Assembly: GCA_964016885.1 (NCBI GenBank)
Contig: OZ024744.1
Coordinates: forward strand, 103,540,001 to 103,604,000
DNA: 64,000 nt
Direction of reading: 5' to 3'
Origin: Eledone cirrhosa
Taxonomy: Eukaryota
This document shows, one piece after another, positions 38,715 through 52,654 of the stretch. A program made the translations under genes and the position numbers. Position 1 is the first letter of the stretch; each line of letters starts with the position of its first letter. The notes under the pieces are model-generated. The model was not told the DNA's origin. It saw only the letters and a program-made list of their open reading frames with translations, and made no database searches.

Positions 38715-39400
38715 GGCCCATTTGAGGCAAGTTTGGTCAGGTTACTATGTCTTGCTCATACAGAACTGTTTCTAGCTTGGTTTCTGTGACTGGATGCCTT
38801 CCTAATGCCAACCACATTTACAATGTGTGCTGGGTGCTTTTTGTCATGACACAAATACAACCACTTTACAATGTGGGCTGGGTGTATTTTGTCGTAACAC
38901 CTACACGACCACCTTACAGTGTGGGCTGGGTGTTTTTTGTCATGACAACTACATGACCACTTTACAGTGTGGACTGTTATTTTTTATCATGACACCTACA
39001 TGAACACTTCAGTGTGAGCTGCGTGCTTTTTGTTGTGATACCAATACAACAGTTTTACATTGTAAGGGTAGTGTGATCAGATGTGGGTGGTATGTTAGGC
39101 GAGAGGGAAGATAGTGGTTAAGTGGTGATACTAGATGTATGCTTCAGTCCATGTGCATGTGCATTATGCCAAAAATCTCTATCTTGTGACATATTTGAGA
39201 GGTGCTATTGTGCAAGGTCAGTATTATGACCTCATCTCAGGTCTTCCTGGGTCTGTCTACTCCATAGATTCAATCAACTTTGTTCACCTTACACCCTCTT
39301 AATACATCCTTCATATGCATCACATGACCATACCAATGTAATCTCCTCTCTAGCATACTTCATCTGATCCCTCTTATGCCTGAGCACATGAACAACATCA
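38715..39400 (-). mobile_element. Degenerate RTE 3' end with a short tandemly repeated UTR unit
   Basis: Similar to 28380-29070. Confidence 0.6.
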
Positions 39401-39459
39401 GGGATGATGAACATAATGGTTGATGAATAGCATAATCGATGTGACATTGGTTTTACAAA

Positions 39460-41695
39460 AACAAAGTGGACATTTGGAGTCATTATATAAAACTCATAGG
39501 GCCTATAACTCACTCTAATACCCACTCATCTTTTAGAATGGTCAAGATGGATATCATTTTTAGATATGGCAAATCATCCCAGGAACAAGACAAGAAACAG
39601 GCTGACCAATCAGTTGCATAGAATTCTATGCATATCATTTCATGGTACGGGATCACTTCAACCAAGTTCTGGGATTCAAAGAAGTAACCAGCCAGTTTAT
39701 GGTGGACATGTATGCCAACATTGAAACAAAAAAATTGGGTTTCCTGCGAAGGAATCAAAATAAGTTGAAGGCAAAAAACTATCATCAATTCTGGTAGTGA
39801 TCCAAGAAATATTGGCCTGCCATTAAGCTTCACAAGAGAACCATATTACATACATGAACATAAAAAAGATGCAATGACTTATGTCAGAAAATGTGGTCAA
39901 CTGGAACTCTGCATTACATATACATGTAAGACAAACTGGACAGGAGTATCTAATGATACTTCTTGTGGTTCCTAAAAGAATGAAGAATCTTCGGTAAGCC
40001 TTTATTGCCTGAATGATCACTATTGAATGGCAGAAGAGAGGACCTCCTCACTCTCACACTAATCTGGTGCAAGGAGAAGATAAGACCAGATGATGTTGAT
40101 AAAATTGTTTCAGCTAAGTTGCCTGATAAAGATGGTGATCCAGAGCTCTTGGATACCAACAAGACCAAACAAATCCCTTGTGCATGTGGAGTCATCAATC
40201 CAGCTTCACCCAGCATTCATGATAAAAAATGCAGCAAAAATTATTCTAGAGCTTTTATTCAGGAAACTCAGACCAACAATGATGGATTCCTCCTTTATTG
40301 TAGGTGTAGACCAGAACATGGAGGCAATACTGCAAACCTAACAGTTCAAGGAGAGGAACTGATTATAGACAATTGGTGGGTAGACCCACACAACAATGTT
40401 GGGTATTGCAGCTCTATAAAAGCAATACTATATGTCACAAAATATATCGACAAGGGCAGTGACATGGCTATCTTTGTTTTTGACAAGGAACTCAACGATG
40501 ATATGATGGATGAGGTGAAATGGTATCAGGCAGGTCGATACATCTCCAGCAATGAAGCTATCTAGCGGATCTTTGGATTTGATATCCACCAATGCCACCC
40601 AACAGTGGTCAAACTAGCAGTCCATCTGCTAGGTTGCACACACCCTTCCTGCTAGGAAGGGTGTGTGCACATACATGTAAACAGCATGGACTCCTACATG
40701 ACAATGGACATTAGAAAAAGACCTTAGAAGAAGCAGCAATCACTCGAGTAACCAGTTAAATAAGACATATGTTTGCTATTATGCTCACAGCATGTGGAAA
40801 TGACAAAGATTATCTATTCTGGTAGGAGTACAAAAACAATGTCGGATAACTATCTACACATAGTCTGAAGACATCAGGAACAATCACAGCAAGAGCAATC
40901 TTTTGGCGACATCACGAAGGACTTGCACAAGTACAATCTCATGCAAACTTACAAAAGGATAATTTGAGATGAGTCCATCATGAGCCATAAACAAGCAATT
41001 GAGCCTTGGACCAGACAATAAGGGATCTGAGAGACAATATTTGAATGATGGGAGGAGTTACAATGGTTTTTGCTGGTGATTTCAGACAAACTCTGCTTGT
41101 AATTTCTTGAGGGACCTGAGCTGATCAGGAAAATAACTGGACTTGCATGGTGATGAAGGTATCAGTGAATTTGCCATCCAGCAATTCAAATGGGGAAAGG
41201 GGCTTCTTGATAAGGACTCCAAAGACCAGATTCAGTTGTCATTTGGCCATATCATTGAAACAGAACCTTTCCAAACATTCAGATCAGACAATGTTATCCC
41301 AAATGGCTCTGCAAATGAGCAATCTTAGCATTGAAAAATGTTACTGTGAAAGAAATTATCAGAAGGCTACTGGACATGGGACATGTTATCGGAAGAGAAA
41401 AGATGCTGCAAATCAGTTGACACAGTTACTTTCCAGGACCAGGTGGTAAACTATCCAACTGAATTTTTTAACAGCTTTGAACTCACAGGAGTTCTTCCAC
41501 ACAACCTGGCACTCAAGCTTGAAGCATCAATTATATTACTCATAATCTAGATCCTCCAAAACTTAGCAGATCATGTCTTTTGACATGGTCAGCTCTATGT
41601 TGGTGTACTACAAGGGTGTGAACCTTGATTGTTTCTTCATTGTAGCACCAAAGGGCAAAACCAAGAATGTTGTTTAACCAGAGGTTTTGGAATGT
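39460..41695 (+). pseudogene. Degenerate Helitron RepHel
   Basis: THRAYNSL*YPLI, VDKIVSAKLPD, YVTKYIDKGSD, GRYISSNEA, FAGDFRQTL, NLDPPKL, HGQLYV, KTKNVV. Confidence 0.88.
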
Positions 41696-41739
41696 AAAAG
41701 TATATGAGCAAGACAATATTGTAATTCCTATTTCAATGA

Positions 41740-43955
41740 CATTACACATAGATCCTAATTCTTTAGTCATACAATTTGTACCTTCCCTGAGGAAGAATGT
41801 GCCACCCAACACAAGTTAGTTATTAGTGACATGGGAATAAACACAAGACAACAGGATATGGAGATGTGTTTGGAAGCTAAAGCACCTTTCAGTTAAATAA
41901 AGGTTTAGAAAGGTCATACAGGATACATTTGACAAAAGGGGCAATGAGCTAGATACATATAACTTAGAGGACAACTGGATATTCTTGCATGACAACTTTT
42001 TGCAACGTGCAGTCGAGACTTGCGACTAGAGTAAAGCAGCAGCCAGAGGGTGACCTGGTGGTGGAACAGCTCAGTAGATAGAACCATTAAAGCTAAGAGA
42101 CAGGCATGGAAAGACTGGGAAAATGGGAGTAGCAGAGGCCAGTACCAGGTAGCTAAGAGAGAAGCAAGGTGACAGGTATACACAGCTTGGATAGAGGCTA
42201 AAAAATAGAAAGTTTGCCAATGTCTTCAGAGACATGAAGTATTCCACATTGTCAGTGTGAATCAAGATGAAGGGAAAAAATGTGTTAAAAATTACGTTGA
42301 TACATTTAGCACCACTGGTGCTCAAAAGAAAGAGGCCTGGAAATGTTATTATGAAAGATTGATGAATATAGAGAATGATTGGGAGAAAGAAAGACTACCC
42401 CCAGCTTACCCAACAGTAGGACAAGCTATTGAAGTAGACAGTTATAGGGTCAAAGAAGCAATCAAAGAGATGAAGGATGGTAAATCTGCAGGATCATCAG
42501 AGATAGTTACTGAGATGTTAAAAGCATCGAGAGAAGTAGGAGTCAAACTAGTAACCTGTATAGTCAATCAGATAATAGAGAGTGGTGTCATACCCAATGA
42601 CTGGTGCAACAGTTCAATCATAAATTGCTATAAGGGGGAAGGTGGTGCTCTAGAAAGGAGCAACCATAGAGGAATAAAACTAATGGACCAGGTTATGAAA
42701 TTGACAGAAAGAGATCTAGCACAGCTAATTAGGGAAAGAGTCAAATTTGATGATATGGCGTTTGGTTTTATGTCTGAGAAAAATACTAACTACAGATACC
42801 CTCTTTCTAGTGAAGCAACTAAAAGAGAAGTTCCTAGCCAAGGATAAGCTGTTATATTTAGCTTTTGTTAATCTAGAAAAGGCATTTGACAGAGTACCTT
42901 GATCTATTATTTGGTGGTCCTTAAAGAAATTAGGTGTAGCAGAATGGCTTGTGAAAGCAGTGCAAGCCATGTACAGAGGAGCTGTCAGTTAGTGAGAGTA
43001 GGAAGTGAATTTAGTGATGAATTCAAGGTAGAGGTAGTTCATCTGGGTCTGGTTCTTAGCCCACAGCTTTCATCATAGTTCTTCAGGCCATAACAGAGGA
43101 ATTTAAAATGGGCTGTTCATGGGAACTTCTGTATGCAGATGATTTGATCCTTATAGCTGAAACCATAAAAGAAATAGAGAATAAATTCTGACTATGGAAA
43201 ATTTGTAATAAAAAATGAGTAGCAGAGAAAATATGACCTGGATTCCTTTAGAGAAGTAGTCCTGCTGAATATGTAGAAAGGGAGTAGGCATAAACTCTAT
43301 GCACACATAAACAATGTACACAATGTAAATGTTGGGTACACAAGAAATGTAGTGGATAACAAGTTGTCTAACAGGAAGGGAGAACTTTGCAGGTAGAAGA
43401 TGCACAGAGAAGCACGTCAGTAATACAAACCTCTGCAAGCCACAGGAGGGTCCATAGAAGTGGTTGATGGCTCTTGGAGCATAATAGCTAGAATAATGAT
43501 AGGATAGAAGAGAGCTGCTCCAACTGTTAACAACAAAAGGTTTCTCCCCATTTACAAAAGGACAACTGTATGATGTTTGTGTGAGAATTGTGATGCTGCA
43601 TGGTAATGAAACATAGTCTGTGACTGCAGAGGTCATGTGTAGACTGAAGAGAAATGAAACAACCATACTTTGTTGGATGTGCAGTGTAAATGTGAGGGAA
43701 AATCAGAGCTTGGACAAGCTGAGGGTGAAACTGGATTTAAGAAGAATCCAAAGTGGTGTGCAAGAGAGAAGACTGTGTTGGTATGGACATGTGATGCACA
43801 TGGATGATGATTGCTGGGTGAAGATGTACCTGGAATCCCATTGGAAGGAAGCCACAGTAGAGGTAGACAATGAAAGACCTGGTCAGCTAATCTCAAGTTG
43901 CCAAAACTCACAGAGGAGATGACAAAGAAATATGATGTGTGGAGAGATGCTGGGT
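41740..43955 (+). mobile_element. Degenerate RTE LINE
   Basis: KKEAWKCYYERLMN, NHRGIKLMDQVMK, WELLYADDL, RRLCWYGHV. Confidence 0.88.
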
Positions 43956-44379
43956 ATCTTGCTATATAAAGTAGTATCAGTGAGATCTTCGTGTGGTAGA
44001 TTGACCTGTTAAAATTAACAACAAAAACATTCCTTCAAATTCCACCCTACTGTTACATGTATGTATATATGGTTACTCTCATAAAATACCTGGGCATTGC
44101 CAGTTACTTCGGCTTGTACCATATAAATGACAATAAATAAAAGAAAAAGAAATTAAACAATGAAAGAAATGAAAAAGGGGTGGTAGTAACTAACTGTACA
44201 CCCCAGTCTGAGTGTTATGTTTCATCTGCACTCAGCAGACAAAATGGCACGGAGAATGGCCAACAGCACTCGCTGCAACAGTTACTCTACCTCACAGGGC
44301 CCCTTCCTCAGGTGGGCTTCTGTTTTTCTGATTTTGTGGAGAACAGCAGTTCAGAAACTAAGGACACCTAAGGTCTTAA

Positions 44380-45030
44380 CAGCGACCTGTATAAAAAAGA
44401 AGCAGTCAGTCAAGCCTTGGCTTTTGGCCATCTTCCTTTCTTCTGTATTGCAGGTGGCACATATTGCATCCAGAATGCCAAATTTGGGAATATATTCATA
44501 TCACTATATCACTGCAAAAAATTGATGCAGAAAAGTCGTTTATAGCTCAGAGTTAACTATTCAAAGAAAACAACTAATTTTGAATACATAACTTTCATTT
44601 ATTTTTATGGCATTTGCTGCAAAAATTGCTTAATTGCTGTGATTAGTAGTTGGCGAAAAAATATATAAATTAGATTTATAAATTTTATCAATTACTTCAT
44701 AGGGATTTGGCATACTTAGAGAATGAGTGTCTCTCTATGGCACTCTGGACCCAGGAAAAGAGACTTCATGTGTATTACAGCTTGCTAATAACATTATTTG
44801 GATAAACCCTGTTCCAAACAGCACTGTGTTTGCTGTCCAATTTCATTGGTACGAGCTGCTGAGGATCAAGATGTGCTGTCTGTAGAACTTGTGCTTTCTT
44901 TGGATGCTATTGAACAAGTTTCGGTACATGTGTCACAGTGAATGATATAAATGCGAATGTCACTTCGAAAACTGTGTTCAATGATTGATAGAAAGATGGT
45001 ATCTTGCTCTCCACATGTTAAAACAGTGAC
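44380..45030 (+). pseudogene. Transib (RAG1-like) transposase remnant
   Basis: Frameshifted motifs IYSYHYITAK, IIWINPVPNSTVF/CCPISLVRAAE, SMIDRKMV, resembling Transib IYPSY..AKK, W.NP.PNS..FCRP and TM(I/V)DGK. Confidence 0.55.
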
Positions 45031-46699
45031 CTAAAATTAGCATGGAATCGTTGTATTGAGAATGTTGTTTATTCCTTCTCACTGTTTTAACAACATGTAG
45101 AGGGAGAGGTCATAATTTTCATTTTTCGCCAATAAAAGATTTATTGTGCAATGATATGTAAGTGTCAGATTTTGATGAAAAATATGAGAAGGTCTATATC
45201 CATTTTCAAATGTTATACAAATGTCCACGGGGAAAAAACGTATTGACATGAAAATGATCAAGCAAACTGTACGTGTTGCCCCTTCCACAGAGCTCTACGG
45301 GGATACCTATTAAATGTATTATAAAATCCAGGCTTACAGAGAAGATTCAGTTTTATGCCCCATACCAGTGTATCAAAACTGAGCTCCCTACAAATAATGG
45401 ATCAAAATATAGCCATGTCTGAAAATGCATGAACAGTTTGTAATGGTTTTTAATTGCTTTAATTTAATGGTTTCTAGCCATTTTTAATAATCTATTAAAA
45501 TTTTATTGAAGGACTTATTTAATACAATACCTACTGCAAATGTGCCAAAACTCAAGTCACTGAACCTTGTACTTTTTGATTTAGCTAGATTTGAAAACAC
45601 ATGAAAAGCTTTTATATGCACCCAGTGGAATAGGTACGAACACTAATTTTGGACCATTGGTTGACTGATTTTTCAGTCTCTGTCATTTTGAACCAGAAAG
45701 ACAAGGACAATTATGAAATATTCTTCTCTCTTACTAACATTGTGTTCCATGTCACATTAATCAGATTGATGGCACTTGGGATAGATTTAATGTGACACCT
45801 AAAAAACTCATTTCTTGATGAGAGAGGATTCTCATGGAAGGTTATAACTTGTTCACCAGTCAATTGCAAAATGGAGTGAAAATCCACTTGAAAATTGAAT
45901 TAACACAGGTCATTCTAGAGTGGGACAGCTGCAAGATCTTGCCAGCTTCCAATAAAAGACAACTTTCATGAAATCTTCTGAAGGATGCTTATTAATGTCT
46001 CATCTGGAAATTACATCAAAAAGACCTCACCCTAACTGCTCACTTGTGGAGAAATAGACGCATAGCTCAGTCACCCAAGTATAAAAATCTTTCAGTTTCA
46101 ACACACGAGGAAAGTAAAATTTCCTCCATATATTTTACATAGACATTGATTTTTGAACTTGTGGAGTACTAGAAAATTTTACTTTTACATTAGTTCTCGG
46201 CAGAGCTGTTCTGCTAGAGAATGGGTTGCAGGTGGTACATAGTGACATGGCCACCAGATATGATGGTTAGTTGCAATATAAGCGGGCGACTGCTGAACAA
46301 ATAAGCAACTCTGGACTATGAGTGGTAAACTACTAGGAGAGATGGAGTAATGGGTGACACCTGTAACTCCTAAGAAAATTCTCACAACCCAGGGACATAG
46401 CTATGATGAGGCAAGTAAAAGCCTCCTCTAAAAAAAAGCCTAGTTTTTGCGTGTTTGACAGAGTACCAGATTGGTCAATAGTGCAAGTAAGATCACAGAA
46501 ACTGCAACTGCAATATGGTAAGAGGAACAAAAAAGAACCATATTGCATCGTCCTTCACGTGGGTTAACAAGTGACGTGACCAGGCCTTAGGTAGAGTGGC
46601 TTATTTGAAAAATATATTGCAGTTTCCATTTCATGCTGCAAAAATGCAACAATGGACCTGCGACCTGCTTGGGAGGTGTGGGATGGATGCACAAAGATT

Positions 46700-47590
46700 G
46701 CATGTCCTGATACCCCAGAGGGGGTCTGGAAGGGAGTAAACCTTGATAATTGGAACCTGGAACATCACAACCGTTACATGTAAGGAGCAGGAACTAGTGG
46801 AGGAAGCTAGATATAGTTGGGATTTCCTCAACAAAGTTCCGTGGCTCTGATACTGTAGTTTTGGATGAAGGATGAAAACTCAGGTGTGACACCATGTATA
46901 ATGTTGCATCCAAATTAAGAGAACTCTCTAAGCAAACAGAGGATATTGAGATAGAGTGGAGATTGTTTAGCTCAGCAGTTTCTCCTTCAGCTGCTAAATG
47001 CTGTTGGTTAAAGAGGCACCAGATGGAAGAAAGCTTACAAAGCTTGACTTGGAAATAACTCCTCTTTCTTGCACTTGCGGTACTAGCAGGCACAAAAAAT
47101 CACAGCAGAGACAGTAAAGGCATCCAAAGTTAAAACATAGGAGGACTTTGGGTTTAAGCTGGAATCCAACTTTTGTTCTGGCAGACCATCTGCTGACTAT
47201 GTAATAAGAAGTCCTCCTCCACACCTATCAGGAATGTGTCTGTAGTTCTCATCCTTTCAGAGAGGTGCATCCTCGTGAGATGGAGAGAATACTTTGCTGG
47301 TCTAAAGCCAAACACAACAGCATCTTCTGATGTACACGAGTTGTATATTGAAGCAGCAACTAATCTCTCAGAGGCTGAGATTACAAGAGCAATTAAAGAG
47401 CTTAAATGTGACAAGGCCACTGGGAAAGATGTAATCTGGCCTGATATGTTAAAAGCCTTAAATAGAGAAGATATTCTCTGGCTGATTCATGTGTGCAGTG
47501 TGACCTAGATCTCTCTGGAAAGCACTTAACCAATGACAATCAGGAGTGAGAACCCCAATTTTCAAAAAGTGTGATGAGAGATTGTGTAGC
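46700..47590 (+). mobile_element. RTE LINE (Expander/Rex3-like, family C) endonuclease/pre-RT remnant
   Basis: IGTWNIT..KEQELVEEA; AIKELKCDKATGKD..DMLKAL; continues at 52655. Confidence 0.7.
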
Positions 47591-48267
47591 GTCATTACTT
47601 CATACCTCGCAATAACAATCTTTCATGCGCAATAGGTAGACCAATCGTGTAAGTCGCGCATGAATACACTGTTACTTCTGGTCTAGTAAACTGGGTTCAC
47701 CAGAGAGAATTCCTGGCCGCCAATATGAGAAGACGTACTACTGAACAGTTCCTCCCATGTTCTTCATATTTCCTATGAAGAAGTACTACTAGATATTTCC
47801 TACCATGTTCTTCATATTTTCCTATAAGAGGTACCGAATATTATCAACAAAGATGTATTGATTATTTCCTGCATTGTTCTAGGAAGTTTCTTTCTAGCTC
47901 TGGCTAACTTAGCAAATGTATGGCTAGTTACTACTTTTTATATTGATATCCTCGTGTGTGTATATATATTTGGCCTACAAACAATAAATGTTTATATAAT
48001 GTATCGAGTGTTGAAGGCATAATTATTTATATATGAATATTAGAAGCCTGTTGTTGCAAGTATTTAGGAAGAATCACCACGGATAAAGGTCTTTCCTTGA
48101 AGCCTTATTTTACAAGGATTAAATTGTACTTTTATATGTGATACAACAAGTGTTGGTAAATGTTTCAACTCTTCCAACTCATCCGTAATTACTGAAAAGT
48201 ATAAATATGCATTTCACACTCCTTTTGTTATAATTGTTCCAATCTCCTTGTTAAGCCTCCCCAGTAA

Positions 48268-51200
48268 ATCATCATCATCATTTTACGTCCGCTTTTCCCT
48301 GCTTGCAAGGGTGGGACGGGTCTTATTCAGCACAGCATCTCTTCACTCGTCACGGTCCCTCGTCATCTCCACCGTGAGCTTCAATGATCTGAGGTCTGTT
48401 CTCACCACCTCCGCCTATGTTTTTCGTGGTCTACCTCTACCACGTCTTCCTTCAACTGGCATTTCCTGGCACTTCTTCACCCATCGGTCATCCTCCATGC
48501 GCATCACATGTCCATACCACCTCAGTCTCCTCTCCCGTACACTACATTCTATCCCTCTCAGACACAGTTTCTCTCTCAACACATTTATGCTGGGTCGTTC
48601 ACGCACATTTACACTGCACATCCAACGGAGCATGCTTGCCTCATTTCTCTCCAGCCGTCGCATATCTTCTGCGGTAGCTGCCCATGTCTCACTACCATGC
48701 AGCATCGCGCTCCTCACACAGGCATCATACAACCGGCCTTTCGTACGCAGGGAGAAACCCTTCTTCGTCAACAGAGGAAGCAGCTCCCTAAACTTCTTCC
48801 AACCCGTCCTTATTCTAGATACTATGGCCTCGGAACACCCTCCTCCCATGCTAATCTGATCTCCTAGGTACCGGAAGCTATCCACCACTTCTATAGCGCC
48901 CTCTCGCATTTGAAAAATGTGTCTATCAGTGCGACTTCTACTGTCTAATTTCCCTCTACATCTACTGCATACATATTTCTCCCTACCTGTTAGTTTGCCT
49001 GCTATCCCGCTACATCTCTTGTGTACCCAGGACCTACATTGTGTGCATTTTATAGAATTTATGCCAGTTCCTTTTCTGCATATCGAACATGGCCATTTCC
49101 CTGACGGAATCAGGGTTTTGTCCTCTTTTCTACTCATCAACACTTTTGTCTTAGCTAGATTTACTCTCAGTCCTCTTGCTTCCAACTGCTGTTTCCATAG
49201 CCGGAATTTATTCTCTAGCTCCTCTACTGATTCTGCCATAAGAGACAGATCGTCAGCATAGAGAAGTTCCCATGGACAGCCAGTCTTAAACTCCTCTGTT
49301 ATGGCTTGGAGGACTATAATGAACAAGAGCGGGCTGAGGACCGAACCCTGATGTACTCCTACTTGTATCTGGAATTCCTCACTAAACTCCATTCCTACCC
49401 TGACTTTACTGAGAGTACCTCTGTACAAAGTTTGCACTGTCCTTACAAGCCATTCCTCAACACCCAGCTTCCTTAGGGACCACCAGATGACAGATCGGGG
49501 TACCCTATCAAAGGCCTTCTCTAGGTCAACAAAGGCTAAGTATAGTGGCTTATTCTTCTCTAAGAACCTCTCTTACATTTGTCTCACCAAGAAGAGGGCA
49601 TCTGTTGTACTCTTCCCAGGCACAAAACCAAACTGCATCTCATCTAGTTTGACCCTTTCTCTAATTAGTTGCGCTAATATCCTTTCTGCCACTTTCATAA
49701 CCTGATCTATCAGTTTTATACCCCTATAGTTGCTCCTCTCCAAAGCATCCCCTTTACCTTTGTAGCAATTTATGAGAATACTGCTGCACCAGTCTTTGGG
49801 TATGACACCACCATATATAGCCTGATTGATTATGCGTGCAACCAGTTTAGTGCCTACGTCCCCTGATGCCTTCAGCATCTCAGCAACTATTCCCGATGGT
49901 CCGGCCGCCTTACCATTTTTCATTTCCCTAATCGCCTCTTGGACCCTATATTCGTCAATCTCAATAGCTGGTCCCTCTGTCGGATCTATCAAGGGTAATT
50001 TCTCTCTCTCCCATTCGTTCTCCACATTCATCAGTCTCTCATAATGACATTTCCAGGCCTCCTTTTTCTGGTCATTCGTGACACTAAGTACACCGGCATC
50101 ATCCCGGACACATTTATCACCAACAACATCCTGATTTGCATTGACACACTGCCTTGCAATGTGGAACACCGCACGCCTCTGATCTTCCCGTCGCAGAACA
50201 TTGGCAAACCTCCTACTCTCTGCCTCCCTGCGTGCTAAGTACACCTGACGTCTAGCTTCTCTCTTAGTGGCTGTATATTCTTCCCTACTCCCACCCTTAT
50301 TCCAAGCCTTCCATGCTAGTCTTTTGTCTCTAATAGCCTTATCTACACTGCTGTTCTACCACCAGGTCACTCTCTGTCTGGTTGGAGCTCTGCTCCAGCC
50401 ACAGGTTTCATCAGTAGCCTTCAGCAAGTTGTCACGTAAGAACTTCCAGTTATTATCTATGCCATACGTCTCTAAATCGTCTTCTTTTTCGTCATATACA
50501 TCTTGAAGGGCTTTCCCAAATTTGAATTTTAGTGAAAGGTCTTTTAGCTTCCAGACCTTTCTTCTCCACACCTTCCTATATGTCTCATTCCATCTCTTGC
50601 TTACTGAGATATCACTAACAACTAACCTATGCTGTGGGGTACATTCTTCCCCAGGGTATGCCTTGGTATTAGACACTATCTGCCTGTCCCGCTGCCTAAC
50701 TAGCAGGAAGTCAATCTGGCTTATGTGCTCACCAGATTTGTAGGTTATTAGGTGATTGGCAGGTTTCTGGAAGTTTGTGTTGCAAATAGTCAATGTACTT
50801 GCATCACAAAATTCAAGAAGTCTCACTCCTTCTTCATTTCTTGAACCGTAACCGTGCCCACCATGTACCCCAGTGTAACCATCCTGGAGCTGTCCAACAT
50901 GACCATTGAAGTCTCCTGCTAGCATAACGATGTCTCCGTCCTCTGTCATTGTGGTTGTTTGCAAAAGTTGCTCATAAAAGCAGTCTTTCTCATCTTTGCC
51001 TAGGCCTGCTTGGGGAGCATAGACCGAGATGATTGTCAGTAGTCTCCTACCTACAACTAATCTAAGCTTAATTATTCGATTACTAACTCGAACTACCTCT
51101 ATTGTCTTATTGATCCATTTCTCAGCCAGGAAAATGCCTACTCCCCCTAACCCATCATCCTTACCTACCCAGAATAGCTTATAGCTAAGACGCTTGCCTA

Positions 51201-51565
51201 CGACTAGTCTCGCAGAGGCACCCCTCCATCTCACCTCTTGCACGCAGCACACATCCACCTGCCTTCTCTTCAGCATCTCCGCTATTTCAGCAGACCTACC
51301 TCTGAGAGTGCCAACATTAAGTGTTGCAACTCTGAGATGCGACGTCTTCATATTTTTCTATGCTGTTTTGTTGCTGTGCTGATAAGCTTTTTGGCATTGA
51401 TACACTGGTTGGATGCCCTTCCTAACACCAGCGCCACTTTACAGCATGGACTGGGTGCTTTTATTTGTGCCACCAGCACTAGAGAGGATGTCTTACTAGA
51501 CTCAAGGGCCCTCTCTACCCCTCCATTTTACAGCATGGTCATTAAAAAAAAAAAAAAAAAAAAAA
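48268..51565 (-). mobile_element. Near full-length RTE LINE (family A) with (GAT)n tail
   Basis: 5' UTR shared with 30420-30625, single long frame, tail at 48268-48281. Confidence 0.95.
48283..51351 (-). pseudogene. RTE ORF (APE endonuclease, RT, internal PHD-type finger), 1022 codons, four nonsense codons, no frameshift
   Basis: ORF-track pieces 51351-50356, 50244-49573 and 49437-48415 share one frame; stops at 50356, 49573, 48415 and ~48342. Confidence 0.92.
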
Positions 51566-52654
51566 CTTATTGACACGACTCACACACTAATACTCATGCA
51601 TACAAACCACAACCACACATACCAACACTCATTCATGCATACAATCACGCACACCACTCACAAACATATATATATATACATATATTACCGACAGTACTGA
51701 TACAAAATCAAAATCAAAGTCAAAATCGTCAAAATCACTATCATGTCAACTGTTGACCTTTCCCAGTCCAGTTCGGCTTGTATATAATAACAATAACAAT
51801 AATAATTGTTTGTTTACGCTGGTAATGGCGGTGGTGGATGGTGTCAGTGTGGTGGTGGTGGATGGTATCAGCGTGGTGGTGGTGGATGGTCAGTGATGGT
51901 GGTGGCAGTTGTTGGTGCTGTAGTTGTTATTGTAGTTGTTACTGTTGTTGTTGTCCTTCATTTCACTGCTGCTGTTGCTGCAGACAATGGTGTTGATGCT
52001 GTTATTGCTGTCGCATATATACAAATACATACACACACATTCAACACAGACGATGGTGTTGTTGCTGTTGTTGTTGTTGTTGGTGTTGCTGCTGTTGTTG
52101 TTGTAGTTGTTGCTGTGTTGAAATCTGGTCGCATCCACTGAGATATACATATACACACACATACACATATGTATATACACATACATACATCAAAAGAGAG
52201 TCAGCAGTATGTTAACAGGGGACAGGACAGCGACCTTAGAGTAATGTGGTGATGGTGGGGAGCGAGTGTAGGCGTTATTGTTATTGTGGTGACGGGGGGG
52301 GGGGGGGTCAGTGAGATGTTACAAGTTCATAGATCACTTCTCTCTTTTCCTCTCTCTTCAAAATTTTGAATTTATGGCCTTTTGCAATGGCGGACAAGTA
52401 TATATAATATATATATATGAAGCAAAGAAAAGAAAATTTTCACTGATATGAAAGATTTCCTGGTAGAAGTTCAGGTGTATTCAGTAATTGGTATCCAGTT
52501 TCGGGGTATCCAATTAGAAAATCCAACGAATCTTTAAGAGGGGTCCACGCAACCATTGATATATATATCTATATATGTAAAATGCAAGCAGAAATGACAA
52601 CGAAAGATTTCCTGGTAGAAGTTCAGGTGTATTCAGTTGTATTCAGTGTTGGTA

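Noticed and set aside
44430-44545. Strong-looking splice acceptor TTGCAG as a host exon
   Set aside because: Frames close quickly, no good donor, and it overlaps the Transib-like remnant.
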